Assembly (NCBI GenBank): GCA_900318155.1
Contig: ONJN01000082.1
Span: 1 to 45,983, forward strand
DNA length: 45,983 nucleotides
Direction of reading: 5' to 3'
Origin: an uncultured Eubacteriales bacterium
GTDB lineage: Bacteria; Bacillota; Clostridia; Peptostreptococcales; Anaerovoracaceae
Made by a program: the position numbers and the translations under genes. The notes below the pieces were generated by a model, which saw only the letters and a list, made by a program, of their open reading frames with translations, did not search any database and was not told the DNA's origin. Of the stretch, positions 30,815-41,022 are shown in pieces; positions within the stretch are counted from its first letter, which is position 1, and the number at the start of each line of letters is the position of its first letter.

Positions 30815-30829
30815 TATGCGTACCTCCTT

Positions 30830-31447
30830 TTAATGATTCCCGTTTCTTTTGCTGATATACCAGGCAATCAGTTCGGCTGCAGTTTCCTCATCGATATAAC
30901 TCGTGTTGATCGCGATATCATAATTACTGTAGTCGCCCCATTTCTGCGAGGTGTGATAATTATAGTAATTTCTACGGGCTTTATCGTAGGACTTGATCTT
31001 TTCTTTAACTTTATCGCGCTCATCCCCGTAAACATTTATGCAGCGTTCGATCCGGTCATCCATCCTCGCGTGCACAAAAACATTTGTCACGTCCTTCAGA
31101 TCGCGGAGCACATAATCCGCACACCGCCCGACGATTACACCTTCGCCGAGGTTTCCGATCTGTGCGATGACATCAAACTGCGTAAGAAACAGTTTATCGT
31201 TCATGGACATAGTATCTGTGCCGATCCCTTCACTGAAGCTGAAAGTTGAAGACAAAGTATAAGAGAAATTATTCCTGGCTCTGAGCTCTGCCGTTTCAAT
31301 GATTTCCCGTGAAAGCCCGCTTTGCTCAACCGCCATATCGATTATTTCCTTATCATACATTGGTACCCCGAGCTTCTCTGCAAGAATCGCTCCGATGATC
31401 CTGCCGCCGCTGCCGTATTCTCTGCTGATAGTTACAAGCTTTTTCAT
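30830..31447 (-). CDS. Cytidylate kinase-like family protein
   Basis: TISREYGSGG, VIVGRCADYVL, YYNYHT..WG..YD..INTS. Own promoter TTGAGT-17-TATAAT just upstream. Confidence 0.88.
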   Translation of the reverse strand: MKKLVTISREYGSGGRIIGAILAEKLGVPMYDKEIIDMAVEQSGLSREIIETAELRARNNFSYTLSSTFSFSEGIGTDTMSMNDKLFLTQFDVIAQIGNLGEGVIVGRCADYVLRDLKDVTNVFVHARMDDRIERCINVYGDERDKVKEKIKSYDKARRNYYNYHTSQKWGDYSNYDIAINTSYIDEETAAELIAWYISKRNGNH

Positions 31448-31531
31448 TTTCTTTACCTATAATCCCATTTTAAGCATTTATATAAAGTAACTATTTAATT
31501 ATATACTATTTCCGCGATCAACTCAATTACT

Positions 31532-33412
31532 TTACCCGGCTTCCTCGACTTCATCAAACTGTGATTTGTAAAGATCGGCGTAGAACCCGTTTCTCTCAAG
31601 CAGTTCCTCGTGGGTTCCCTGCTCAACGATGTCGCCATGATCAATGACAAGAATCAGGTCGGCGTTACGAATCGTAGAAAGACGATGGGCAATGACAAAG
31701 CTCGTTCGTCCGATCATCAGCTGGTCCATAGCCTCCTGAATCTGCTCTTCGGTCCTGGTGTCGACCGAGGAAGTCGCCTCATCGAGTATCAGCACTTTGC
31801 GATCGGCAAGCATCGCGCGAGCGATCGTCAGAAGCTGTTTCTGTCCCTGGGATATTTGCGTCGCCTCTTCGTTCAGCACCATATCATATCCACCAGGCAG
31901 CGTACGGATAAAATGATCCGCGCGGGCCGCTCTGGCCGCAGCCTCGACTTCCTTATCGGTCGCCTCCAGTTTTCCGTAACGGATATTCTCACGGATCGTT
32001 CCGGCAAAGAGCCATGTATCCTGAAGAACCATCGCAAAATACTGTCTGAGGTCCTGCCGGTTGAAACTGCGCACATCATGCCCGTCCAGCCCGATCGCTC
32101 CGGAATCCACGTCATAGAAACGCATCAGCAGTTTGACCAGTGTCGTCTTTCCGGCACCCGTCGGTCCGACGATCGCGATCTTCCTGCCCGGTTCTGCCTC
32201 CGCGCTGAAGTCTTTGATAACGACATTCTCCGGATCATATCCGAAACGGACATGCGAAAAGACAATCCTTCCTTCGACATCATCCAGCCGCACAGGATTC
32301 TCTGCGAACAACTCTTCTTCCTCTTCATTCAGGAATTCAAAGACTCTTTCCGCGGCGGCCGCCATAGACTGTACCTGGTTCATGACCCCCGCGATCTGCT
32401 GCATCGGCTGTGTCATATTCTTTACATACTGAATGAACGCCTGGATATCGCCGATGCCGATCCTGCCCCGGATCGCCAGAAAACCGCCCGAAATCGTAAC
32501 GCCCACGTATCCCAGGTTGCCGACAAACATCATCAGCGGCTGCATGATCCCGGAAATAAACTGGGATTTCCACGCGGATTTATATAAAATATTATTGGTT
32601 TCCTCAAAAGTCTCAACAGCCTGATCTTCACGGTTGAACGCCTTGATGATCTGCTGTCCGGCAAAATCTTCCTCGACCTGACCATTGACTTTGCCCAGAT
32701 AACTCTGCTGATCCTTAAAATACTTCTGTGAAAATTTGACGATCAGCGACAAAAGGATTGCCGAGACCGGCAGTATCGTCAGCGTGATCAACGTCATCAG
32801 CAAAGAAATCGTCAGCATCATAACGACAACCCCGACGATCGTGGCAATTGATGTAATGATCATCGTCACGCTCTGGTTCAGGCCGGATCCGAGCGTATCC
32901 ACATCGTTCGTGATTCTTGAAAGAACTTCCCCGTACGGCCGCTTCTCAAAATATTTCATCGGCATGCGGTTGATTTTCTCCGCAATGTCCCTTCGCATTT
33001 TATAAACGATTTTCTGTGTGATGCCCGTCATCAGCCAGCCCTGAACAAAGTTGAACAAAGCACTGATCAGATAAAGTGATAACGTGACGATCAGGATCCC
33101 GGCGATTTTTTCAAAGCTGATCCCGCCGGTCCCGTTGATTTTCCGCATCAGACCGTTTGCCAGTTCTGTCGTCGCCCGTCCCATGATCTTCGGCCCCGCG
33201 ACCTGAAAAACAGTAGACGCCGCCGCAAAAATCATGACAATCAGCACAACGATTCTGTATTTCCCCATGTACACAAAAAGATCCGCGATCGTTTTTCGGA
33301 AATTCTCTGCTTTTTCCACAGGCATGACTGCTGCGCGTCCGCCTCTCGGAGGTCTGTGCCGCCTTCTGCCGGGTGATGATCCCACCCGGTTCTGATTTCT
33401 TTGTTCAGCCAT
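31532..33412 (-). CDS. ABC exporter subunit (TMD+NBD), consensus-site partner of a heterodimer
   Basis: TM helices, GPTGAGKT, ISQGQKQ, ILDEATS, IAHR; TM288-like. Confidence 0.92.
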   Translation of the reverse strand: MAEQRNQNRVGSSPGRRRHRPPRGGRAAVMPVEKAENFRKTIADLFVYMGKYRIVVLIVMIFAAASTVFQVAGPKIMGRATTELANGLMRKINGTGGISFEKIAGILIVTLSLYLISALFNFVQGWLMTGITQKIVYKMRRDIAEKINRMPMKYFEKRPYGEVLSRITNDVDTLGSGLNQSVTMIITSIATIVGVVVMMLTISLLMTLITLTILPVSAILLSLIVKFSQKYFKDQQSYLGKVNGQVEEDFAGQQIIKAFNREDQAVETFEETNNILYKSAWKSQFISGIMQPLMMFVGNLGYVGVTISGGFLAIRGRIGIGDIQAFIQYVKNMTQPMQQIAGVMNQVQSMAAAAERVFEFLNEEEEELFAENPVRLDDVEGRIVFSHVRFGYDPENVVIKDFSAEAEPGRKIAIVGPTGAGKTTLVKLLMRFYDVDSGAIGLDGHDVRSFNRQDLRQYFAMVLQDTWLFAGTIRENIRYGKLEATDKEVEAAARAARADHFIRTLPGGYDMVLNEEATQISQGQKQLLTIARAMLADRKVLILDEATSSVDTRTEEQIQEAMDQLMIGRTSFVIAHRLSTIRNADLILVIDHGDIVEQGTHEELLERNGFYADLYKSQFDEVEEAG

Positions 33413-35716
33413 TTATATTCCCTCCAGTTCATTCTGCGAAAGCTGCGATTCCGCGATCTGTCTGTATACATCACACGATACCATCAGCTCGTCGTGCGTG
33501 CCTTTGCCGACAATCCGCCCCTCGTCCAGGACGATGATCTGATCCGCTGCAAGTACAGTGCTGATGCGCTGAGCAACGATGATCTTTGTCGTATCCTTTT
33601 CTTTTTCCGCAAGTACTTTCCTCAGCTTCGCGTCGGTCTTCATATCCAGCGCGGAGAAGCTGTCGTCAAAGATGAGCACCTCCGGCTTCTTTGCCAGTGC
33701 CCGGGCAATCGAAAGCCGCTGCTTCTGCCCACCGGACACGTTGCTTCCCCCCTGAGAAATAAAACTGTCAAACTGATCTTCTTTTTCTTCGATAAAGCCG
33801 GTTGCCTGCGCGATCTCCGCCGCCTCACGAACCTCTTCATCAGTAGCATCACGATTCCCGAAACGGATGTTGGAAGCGATCGTTCCAGAGAACAGCACAC
33901 CTTTCTGCGGCACAAGGCCAATCCTTTCCCGCAGTGAATGCAGCTTCATATCACGCACATCGACGCCGTCAACGGCCACACTGCCGCCCGACACATCGTA
34001 AAACCTCGGCAAAAGATTAACAATCGTGCTTTTTCCGGATCCGGTGCTTCCGATGATGGCCGTCGTCTGCCCCGGCTCCGCCGTAAAATCTATATCCGTT
34101 AAAACATTTCGCTCCGCTCCCGGATATCTGAAATCGACGTGTCTGAATTCGACTCTTCCACTGTGTTGCGTCACTTCCAGCGTCTCCTCTTTTTCAAGAA
34201 TCGTCGGCTGCGTACTCAAAACTTCATCGACACGTCCGGCCGCAATTCCCGCTCTTGGAAGAAGGATAGACATCATCGTGATAATCATGAAGGACATTAC
34301 GATCATGATCGAATATGTGATGAACGCCGTCATCGCGCCGACCTGCAGGTTGCCCGCATCTATTTTATGCGCAGCGACCCAGGTGATCAGAACAACCAGC
34401 GAATACATGATCAAAGTCATTGACGGCATCATAAACGTCATGACACGATTTGTAAACAGCTGCGTCTTCATCAGGTCCGTATTGGCTTTGTCAAAACGCT
34501 CCTCTTCCTTCTCTTCACGCCCGAACGCGCGGATTACCTGAAGACCTGTCAAAATCTCTCTGGACACACCGTTCAGCGCGTCGACAAGTTTCTGCATGAT
34601 CCTGAACTTCGGCAGCGCCAGCGACATCAGCAGAAGCACCACTGAAACAATGACACAGACGCCGAGCACAATCACCCAGCTCATATGCGCGCCCGTACCC
34701 GCGACCTTGATGATTCCCCAGATCCCCATGACAGGCGCGTAAATCAACATTCTCAGAAGCAGTGTCGACACGAGCTGCACCTGCTGGATATCGTTTGTTG
34801 CGCGCGTAATCAGAGACGAAGTCGAGAACTGATCCATCTCCGCATTTGAAAACAGCATGACCCGGCGGAATAATCTGCTCCTCAGATCACGCCCCACGTC
34901 GGCACCGACCCGGGAGGCAAGGAATGCGACGCAGCCTGCCGCACACAGCATCAGAAGTGCCATAAGCAGCATCCGCCTTCCGCAGGCCCAGAGATACGAT
35001 GTCTGAATTTTATCCACGTCAACGCCTGCCTCACGGTCACATTTTACCGCGTACGCGCAGCCCATCGACTTCAGCGTCCGGCCGCCTGCCGACTCGATCA
35101 TTTCATCCGCCTGCTTCCTGGATTTCCCGATCTGTGAATCGTCCATCATACCTTTGCTGATCATCGTCTGCAGAACCGGCCGCATATCAAAATACGTTTT
35201 AACCCTGCCGTTCTCATCTTCAGCCCTGAACGTCTTCACATGAATTCTCATCATATCCTCGATCGCCTGAACCGTCATGTCGTCTATCTTGTCTGCCATC
35301 ATCGCGGTCTTTGGATTCTTTTTCAGATTCTCTTTAACAGTGCTCCTGAAATTCTTCTCGCTCATGTGGCCCAGCTGGTACGTAAGCACGAGCGGGGTCA
35401 GCAGCTCTGTATCCGCTTCCTCCAGCGCTTCTTCATCATTCACTTTACGCTCATAGTATTTCCCTTCTTTTCGGAAAAGACTTTCCCATGTTTTCTTTTC
35501 TGAATCGTTCATGAAAATCTGCGCAGACTCGTATTCATCTGCCGTCATCTTTGCCGGAACAATGTGTTCCACGCCCCTGTTCTGAATGCCGACATCGATA
35601 ATCGCCTGCGTGTACTGCGGCAGCGAAAGATCACAGTACGCCTGCATAATCAGCAGCACGACAATCACAACAATTACTTTCCAGTACGGGATAAAATTTT
35701 TGAATATCGCCCTCAA
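33413..35716 (-). CDS. ABC exporter subunit (TMD+NBD), degenerate-site partner with large extracellular insertion
   Basis: GSTGSGKS, VSGGQKQ, degenerate FDDSFS and VAQR; TM287-like. About 190 extra residues between the first two TM helices. Confidence 0.92.
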   Translation of the reverse strand: MRAIFKNFIPYWKVIVVIVVLLIMQAYCDLSLPQYTQAIIDVGIQNRGVEHIVPAKMTADEYESAQIFMNDSEKKTWESLFRKEGKYYERKVNDEEALEEADTELLTPLVLTYQLGHMSEKNFRSTVKENLKKNPKTAMMADKIDDMTVQAIEDMMRIHVKTFRAEDENGRVKTYFDMRPVLQTMISKGMMDDSQIGKSRKQADEMIESAGGRTLKSMGCAYAVKCDREAGVDVDKIQTSYLWACGRRMLLMALLMLCAAGCVAFLASRVGADVGRDLRSRLFRRVMLFSNAEMDQFSTSSLITRATNDIQQVQLVSTLLLRMLIYAPVMGIWGIIKVAGTGAHMSWVIVLGVCVIVSVVLLLMSLALPKFRIMQKLVDALNGVSREILTGLQVIRAFGREEKEEERFDKANTDLMKTQLFTNRVMTFMMPSMTLIMYSLVVLITWVAAHKIDAGNLQVGAMTAFITYSIMIVMSFMIITMMSILLPRAGIAAGRVDEVLSTQPTILEKEETLEVTQHSGRVEFRHVDFRYPGAERNVLTDIDFTAEPGQTTAIIGSTGSGKSTIVNLLPRFYDVSGGSVAVDGVDVRDMKLHSLRERIGLVPQKGVLFSGTIASNIRFGNRDATDEEVREAAEIAQATGFIEEKEDQFDSFISQGGSNVSGGQKQRLSIARALAKKPEVLIFDDSFSALDMKTDAKLRKVLAEKEKDTTKIIVAQRISTVLAADQIIVLDEGRIVGKGTHDELMVSCDVYRQIAESQLSQNELEGI

Positions 35717-35810
35717 AATTCATCACCCCTCTTTGATTATTTTCTGAACATCCTGTTCCTCCGACACAAGGAGAAATCCCGGATCGCCCCGGGCAGCCGT
35801 GTTCCTTTTT

Positions 35811-35860
35811 AAAAAAAGCTGCGCCCCGGCAACATTCATTGCTCAGAGCGGCAGCTTTTT
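35811..35860. terminator. Terminator-like hairpin downstream of the CMD gene
   Basis: AAAAAGCTGC..GCAGCTTTTT stem flanked by A and T runs. Confidence 0.6.
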
Positions 35861-35886
35861 ATACGTTTCTTACAGTTTTCTATGAA

Positions 35887-36240
35887 TTACTTAAAATCGT
35901 TCTCGAATTCATTGACCGCATCAAGAAGAACTGTTGCGGAATAAGCCATGCTCGGGCCGGCACCGAATCCGCCAATTGCTACCATTGCAGCCTCCAGGAT
36001 TTCATCTCTGGTTGCACCTGCTTCATATGCCTGATATACGTGCACAACGATGCAGTACTGGCATCTGTTCAGCGCGCCGATCGCTACACTGATCAGCTCT
36101 TTCTGCTTTGTGGAAAGTGCTCCATCAGCAAAGGTAACTTCCTGAACCTTCAGGAAACTGTCAACGAAAGCGCCGTTTGCTTCCTGAATTCCAGCTACGC
36201 CGTTCTGAAAATCAGCGAGGATCTGTCTTACATCATTCAT
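35887..36240 (-). CDS. Carboxymuconolactone decarboxylase/AhpD-family protein
   Basis: GALSTKQKELISVAI, CQYCIVVH, AGATRDEILEA. Confidence 0.9.
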   Translation of the reverse strand: MNDVRQILADFQNGVAGIQEANGAFVDSFLKVQEVTFADGALSTKQKELISVAIGALNRCQYCIVVHVYQAYEAGATRDEILEAAMVAIGGFGAGPSMAYSATVLLDAVNEFENDFK

Positions 36241-36434
36241 AAATTTACCTCCGAATCTTATATAAGTACTTACTTAATCTGATTATACACTATTTTCAGT
36301 CTATTGCACAATCAATAAATATTTTAAATGCAAAAAAACGCAAAACTATTGGAATATCAAGGTTTTCTGACTTAGTAAGATTTTTTTGACTTCCTTAGAA
36401 GCAGCGGAGTAAATCACTCAGGAAACTTTCAGTA

Positions 36435-37754
36435 CTATTTTTCCGCAAACGCGTTATAAATCGCCCTGATTGCGTTCTCAAAATCCGCGGTATCAACACC
36501 AATAATAATGTTGATCTCACTGGAACCCTGATTCAGCATGCGGATGTTGATGCCCTCGTCGGCCAGCGCTGTGCAGATCTTTGCCGATGTACCCGGTCTT
36601 CTGCTCATGCCAAGTCCGACAACCGCGATCAGAGAAATGTCTTCATGCACTGACATGTCGTCCGGCTTCATCTGACGATCCAGCGCTTCCAGTACATCGT
36701 CGAGCTTGCCGTCCAGCTGTTCATTGGAAATGACGACGGAAACCGTATCGATTCCGGTTGGAATGTGCTCAAAGCTGATGTCAAAGTCTTCCAGAATAGT
36801 CAGTACACGTCTGACATAACCGATTTCCTTGTTCAGCATATTCTTATACATCGCGATAACTGTAAAGTCCTTGTTGCCGGCAATACCGCTGAGAACCTTC
36901 TTACCTTCCGGTGCATGCTCAGTCGTGATGATCGTACCCGGATCATCCGGTTCATTCGTATTTCTGATATTGATCGGAATGTTCGCGAGTCTTACAGGGA
37001 AAACGGCATCTTCGTGAAGAACACTTGCGCCCATGTAGGACAGCTCTCTGAGCTCAATATAGGAAATCGTCTGGATCGGCTCAGGATCTTTGACAATGCG
37101 TGGGTCTGCCATCAGCAGGCCGGAAACATCGGTCCAGTTTTCATAGATATCTGCGTTTACGGCTCTGGCAACGAGTGAACCGGTTACATCGGACCCGCCT
37201 CTGGAGAGAACACGGATCTCGCCGGTTTCCTTATCAGAACCGTAGAAGCCCGGGAGAACAGCGCGTTCATGTTTTGCCAGCTCGGCCTTCAGCGCTTCAT
37301 TCGTTTCATCAGCGAGCAGTCTTCCTCTTTTGTCAAAAAGAATCAGTCCCTTTGTGTCGACAAAATCATAACCGAGATAAGCGGCTACAAGAATGGCGGA
37401 GAGATACTCGCCGCGGCTTGCGATGTAATCTTCTGAACATTTATTGTCCAGGTTTGCTCTGATTTCATCATAGTAACGGTCAAGATCTACGTCAATTCCC
37501 AGATTGTATTTTACTGCGCTGTAACGGTCCGTAATGACCTGGAACAGCTGTTCATAAGGAATATTGTGCTGCATCTGCGCTCTGCACATATATAACAGGT
37601 CAGTGATCTTGTTGTCACCGTCAAAACGTTTTCCCGGCGCGGATACTACAATGTATCTTCTGTCCGGATCTGCGTCAATAATATTTTTGATCTTTGTCAG
37701 CTGGATCCCGTCCGCTACGGAAGATCCTCCGAATTTAAGGACTTTGACTCCCAT
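36435..37754 (-). CDS. lysC: Aspartate kinase
   Basis: KFGGSS, VVSAPG, SRGGSD, WTDVSG..ADPR, ACT domains (QGSSE). Isoenzyme class not certain. Confidence 0.9.
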   Translation of the reverse strand: MGVKVLKFGGSSVADGIQLTKIKNIIDADPDRRYIVVSAPGKRFDGDNKITDLLYMCRAQMQHNIPYEQLFQVITDRYSAVKYNLGIDVDLDRYYDEIRANLDNKCSEDYIASRGEYLSAILVAAYLGYDFVDTKGLILFDKRGRLLADETNEALKAELAKHERAVLPGFYGSDKETGEIRVLSRGGSDVTGSLVARAVNADIYENWTDVSGLLMADPRIVKDPEPIQTISYIELRELSYMGASVLHEDAVFPVRLANIPINIRNTNEPDDPGTIITTEHAPEGKKVLSGIAGNKDFTVIAMYKNMLNKEIGYVRRVLTILEDFDISFEHIPTGIDTVSVVISNEQLDGKLDDVLEALDRQMKPDDMSVHEDISLIAVVGLGMSRRPGTSAKICTALADEGINIRMLNQGSSEINIIIGVDTADFENAIRAIYNAFAEK

Positions 37755-37825
37755 TTTTCTACTACCTCCATATGTAAAATGAAAAGAACGGCCCGGACCG
37801 GTACTTTCCCGGGCCGCTTCACTGA

Positions 37826-39004
37826 TTAAAGCTCTGCCTGAAGCTCCGCGACTTTATCGGTCTGTTCCCACGGAAGATCGATGTCGGTTCTTCCAAAGTG
37901 ACCGTATGCGGCTGTCTGTCTGTAGATCGGTCTGCGGAGATCAAGATAGTGGATGATCGCAGCCGGACGGAGATCAAAATGTTTTTCAACGATCTCAGAA
38001 AGCTTCTCATCATCCAGTTTGCCTGTGCCGAACGAATCAACCATGACAGAGACTGGCCTTGCCACGCCGATCGCATAAGCGAGCTGCACCTCAACCTTGT
38101 CCGCAAGTCCTGCCGCAACGAGGTTCTTGGCTACGTATCTTGCCGCGTAGCAGGCTGAACGGTCGACCTTTGTCGGATCCTTTCCGGAGAAAGCGCCGCC
38201 GCCGTGACGCGCGTATCCGCCATATGTATCAACAATGATCTTCCTGCCTGTCAGCCCCGTATCGCCCTGCGGTCCGCCGATAACAAAACGGCCGGTCGGA
38301 TTAACGTAATATTTGGTTTCATCGTCGAGAAGTTCTGCCGGAACGACCGGTCGAACTACGTGCTCGATGATGTCTTTTCTGATCTGCTCTGACGTGATGT
38401 CCGGTCTGTGCTGCGTGGAGATCAGAACGGTATCGACTCTCTTTGGCTGATCATTTTCATATTCAACGGTAACCTGTGTTTTTCCGTCCGGTCTCAGATA
38501 ATCAAGCACGCCGGTTTTTCTTACCTCCGTCAGCCTGATGGCAAGCCGGTGCGCCAATGAGATTGGAAGCGGCATCAATTCAGGCGTCTCGTTGCAGGCA
38601 AATCCGAACATCAGTCCCTGGTCTCCCGCTCCGATGGCTTCAAACTCATCGTTCATCGTTCCTTCTTTATGTTCAAGCGCCTGGTCAACACCCATGGCGA
38701 TATCGCCGGATTGTTCGTCGATCGATGAGATCACTGCGCATGTATGTCCGTCAAATCCGTATTTTGCGCGGTCGTAACCGATATCCGTAACAACTTTTCT
38801 GGCAATGCGCGGAATGTCCACAACAGCCTTTGTTGTAATCTCCCCCATGACGGTGATGATTCCCGTTGTTACTGTCGTTTCACACGCTACGCGTCCGTAC
38901 GGATCCTTTTCATAAATCGCATCCAGTACCGCGTCTGAAATCTGATCGCAAATTTTATCGGGATGTCCTTCGGTAACTGACTCAGATGTAAATAATCTTT
39001 TCAT
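37826..39004 (-). CDS. metK: S-adenosylmethionine synthetase
   Basis: [34 protein letters not shown]; start MKRLF at 39004 after GGAGG. Confidence 0.98.
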   Translation of the reverse strand: MKRLFTSESVTEGHPDKICDQISDAVLDAIYEKDPYGRVACETTVTTGIITVMGEITTKAVVDIPRIARKVVTDIGYDRAKYGFDGHTCAVISSIDEQSGDIAMGVDQALEHKEGTMNDEFEAIGAGDQGLMFGFACNETPELMPLPISLAHRLAIRLTEVRKTGVLDYLRPDGKTQVTVEYENDQPKRVDTVLISTQHRPDITSEQIRKDIIEHVVRPVVPAELLDDETKYYVNPTGRFVIGGPQGDTGLTGRKIIVDTYGGYARHGGGAFSGKDPTKVDRSACYAARYVAKNLVAAGLADKVEVQLAYAIGVARPVSVMVDSFGTGKLDDEKLSEIVEKHFDLRPAAIIHYLDLRRPIYRQTAAYGHFGRTDIDLPWEQTDKVAELQAEL

Positions 39005-39048
39005 CCTCTTAATTCCTCCTGTTTGTTGATTCGAGCAGGCCACGCAAC

Positions 39049-39080
39049 AAAAAATTCCTTTTCCATATAAGAAAAGGAAT
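39049..39080 (-). terminator. Expression-platform terminator of the SAM riboswitch
   Basis: Minus strand ATTCCTTTTC..GAAAAGGAAT followed by TTTTT, between the aptamer and metK. Confidence 0.8.
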
Positions 39081-39095
39081 GCTGTATATTTCATC

Positions 39096-39205
39096 CCCTA
39101 TCTTTCAGAAAAAATCTGTAGGATTTGGCACCTTGATATCGTATGGTAGTACGAACAGGTTGCCGGGCATCTCAGGGCCTAGTCCCTCAACCGCTCTTGA
39201 TAAGG
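39096..39205 (-). ncRNA. SAM-I (S-box) riboswitch
   Basis: Minus strand CTTATCAAGAGCGGTTGAGGGACTAGGCCCTGAGATGCCCGGCAACCTG..AAGGTGCCAAATCCTACAGA..TCTGAAAGATAGGG carries all SAM-I hallmarks; upstream of metK. Confidence 0.96.
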
Positions 39206-39329
39206 TTGTTTAAAAATTCAATATCGTATCTAATGTATACTATGCTTTCGTTTTAGTCAATATACAAAATGCATTTTTCTGTCTAAAATATGTTATAATT
39301 GCATAAAACCACGAGAAAGGGCGATTAGA

Positions 39330-40613
39330 ATGTCTGCTTTTAAGTTTAAAGTAATTGAAGGCGGTCTTGCGGACAAGTCTGAAGATACTGAAAAAAACAT
39401 GGATAATATGAATGACCCGGACGAGTCGTTTTTCACGGACGGTACCGACGTCGAATTTGAATCCGGCTGGATCACCGATACGCGGCTGATGGGTGTGGTC
39501 AGCATGTACATCTGCTGGCGCTTTGACAAAAGGAGTCCACACAGAAAACTGCATCAGTTCTTCTACTTCGATGTAGCGGAGTATGGCTTTGACCGGTTTG
39601 AATATCTGATAGACGCAACACACGGCAAAGTCGAAGACGTGAAAAATACTTTTATCGGCGGGCTGGGCGGAAACACCGTCCCGGTCAGCGAACCGGAAGC
39701 GATCCACCTCGTCCATGAATACGCCAAGTACAACCGGCGGGCAAACATACCGCTGCCGAACGGGTCGGAGCTATTTCAATTCATGCTGGACTGGCCGGAT
39801 CTTCTCACGGACAAAGCGCAGCGCGCGCTTTTCCACAAATCCTGTACCCCGATTAAAAACCCTCGCATGGCCGCAAATTATTTCCTGATGCGCCTGTGCG
39901 ACAAAGACCGTCAGGGCGCCGCCTATCTGTCAGAAGAAACTGCAGACAAAACAATCTTTGCCTATTTTCCCGCACTGACACTTTATAAAAATGAGATTGA
40001 GGAGACCGAAGACAACAGCCTGCTCTGCAAGACGGTTGTCGGCTACGGGGAGCGTTCAGATTACCGATACCTGCTGATGATATCCACATTGAAAACAGTT
40101 TCGCATACAAAAGACCACTGCGAGCAGAACTCCGTTCCCGGCTTCACAGTTTCCAAAGTGACGGTGGAATCCGCTATGCGGCTGTCGGACCGGGAGGCGT
40201 ACATGAACCTTGTGCACGAAGAATACGTGTCGGTATTCCATTATTCCGGGTCACCGGACGACTTCGGACGCCATTCCACAGAACTGACAAAACGTGCCAT
40301 GATCATAGAAGAAGCAACCGGCAGGTTGTTCATGATCTATAACAACAATAACGATCACGTGGACAGCGACTGTTATCATCTCTACGATGATCTGCTTGGT
40401 ACCTATTTCCTCCTGGAAACCGGTCAGCTGATCAGCACCGCGAACACAAAAGCGAACAAACTGAGGCTTGATTACGATCTTCTGCTTTCCGGCCCGGTCG
40501 ACAAAATACGTATTCAGAACAGTTTTCTGTTTAACGAACCAGTACTCAACGCTTTCATTCAGAGCGGCTATGAGGATTTTTATCTTTTTCTGAACGACAT
40601 TCAGCGGGATTGA
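39330..40613 (+). CDS. Hypothetical protein (427 aa)
   Basis: Long ORF filling the gap between known genes, extended -10 TGTTATAAT and AAGGG RBS upstream; no recognisable catalytic motif. Confidence 0.8.
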   Translation: MSAFKFKVIEGGLADKSEDTEKNMDNMNDPDESFFTDGTDVEFESGWITDTRLMGVVSMYICWRFDKRSPHRKLHQFFYFDVAEYGFDRFEYLIDATHGKVEDVKNTFIGGLGGNTVPVSEPEAIHLVHEYAKYNRRANIPLPNGSELFQFMLDWPDLLTDKAQRALFHKSCTPIKNPRMAANYFLMRLCDKDRQGAAYLSEETADKTIFAYFPALTLYKNEIEETEDNSLLCKTVVGYGERSDYRYLLMISTLKTVSHTKDHCEQNSVPGFTVSKVTVESAMRLSDREAYMNLVHEEYVSVFHYSGSPDDFGRHSTELTKRAMIIEEATGRLFMIYNNNNDHVDSDCYHLYDDLLGTYFLLETGQLISTANTKANKLRLDYDLLLSGPVDKIRIQNSFLFNEPVLNAFIQSGYEDFYLFLNDIQRD

Positions 40614-40760
40614 ATGATAAGCACAGCACTACGAACCAAAGCGGTACAGACTGAGGCGCGACCGACGCGGATCACACCGGGAAAATACCGACATCAAAAA
40701 CCTGCCGGGTTTTCTCATATAACTAATTATGTCAACCTGTGTTCGCAGGATAAACAGACG

Positions 40761-40969
40761 TTTTTCACAATGAATAATCAGCGCAGTTTTGGGTACCAAC
40801 CGACTTTTCCACATAAGATCCCGGGATTGTATACGATTTTATTAACACATTGCTGTGCATAAGTTGAACTAGCATAACAATTGGAATTCCAATATAGACC
40901 TCATTTTTATCCTGCAGTCGATCACGAGTTATCCACATTTTTTCTGTTCGCAGCGTGAAATGTTGAAAA
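40761..40969. promoter_or_regulatory. Cluster of DnaA-box-like 9-mers
   Basis: TTWTNCACA matches at 40761, 40805, 40854 (reverse) and 40929 (TTATCCACA); one-mismatch copies at 40839 and 40961 (reverse). Confidence 0.6.
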
Positions 40970-41022
40970 CTTATTTTACTGAATGCGAATAACGACAACG
41001 AGAAGCCATAAAGGGGACCATT

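Noticed and set aside
31610-32587. 325-aa plus-strand ORF and the many other short antisense or alternate-frame ORFs in the track
   Set aside because: They overlap well-supported genes and lack RBS or motifs.
36241-36434. Short AT-rich palindromes (CTTATATAAG, TAAGTACTTA) upstream of the CMD gene
   Set aside because: Too short and AT-rich to assign to a regulator.
39005-39094. N-terminal extension of metK
   Set aside because: Runs through the riboswitch terminator; RBS supports 39004.
40614-41022. Short ORFs in this gap, and the idea that it is oriC
   Set aside because: The ORFs lack RBS and motifs; there is no dnaA/dnaN, no clear unwinding element and no switch in dominant gene strand.
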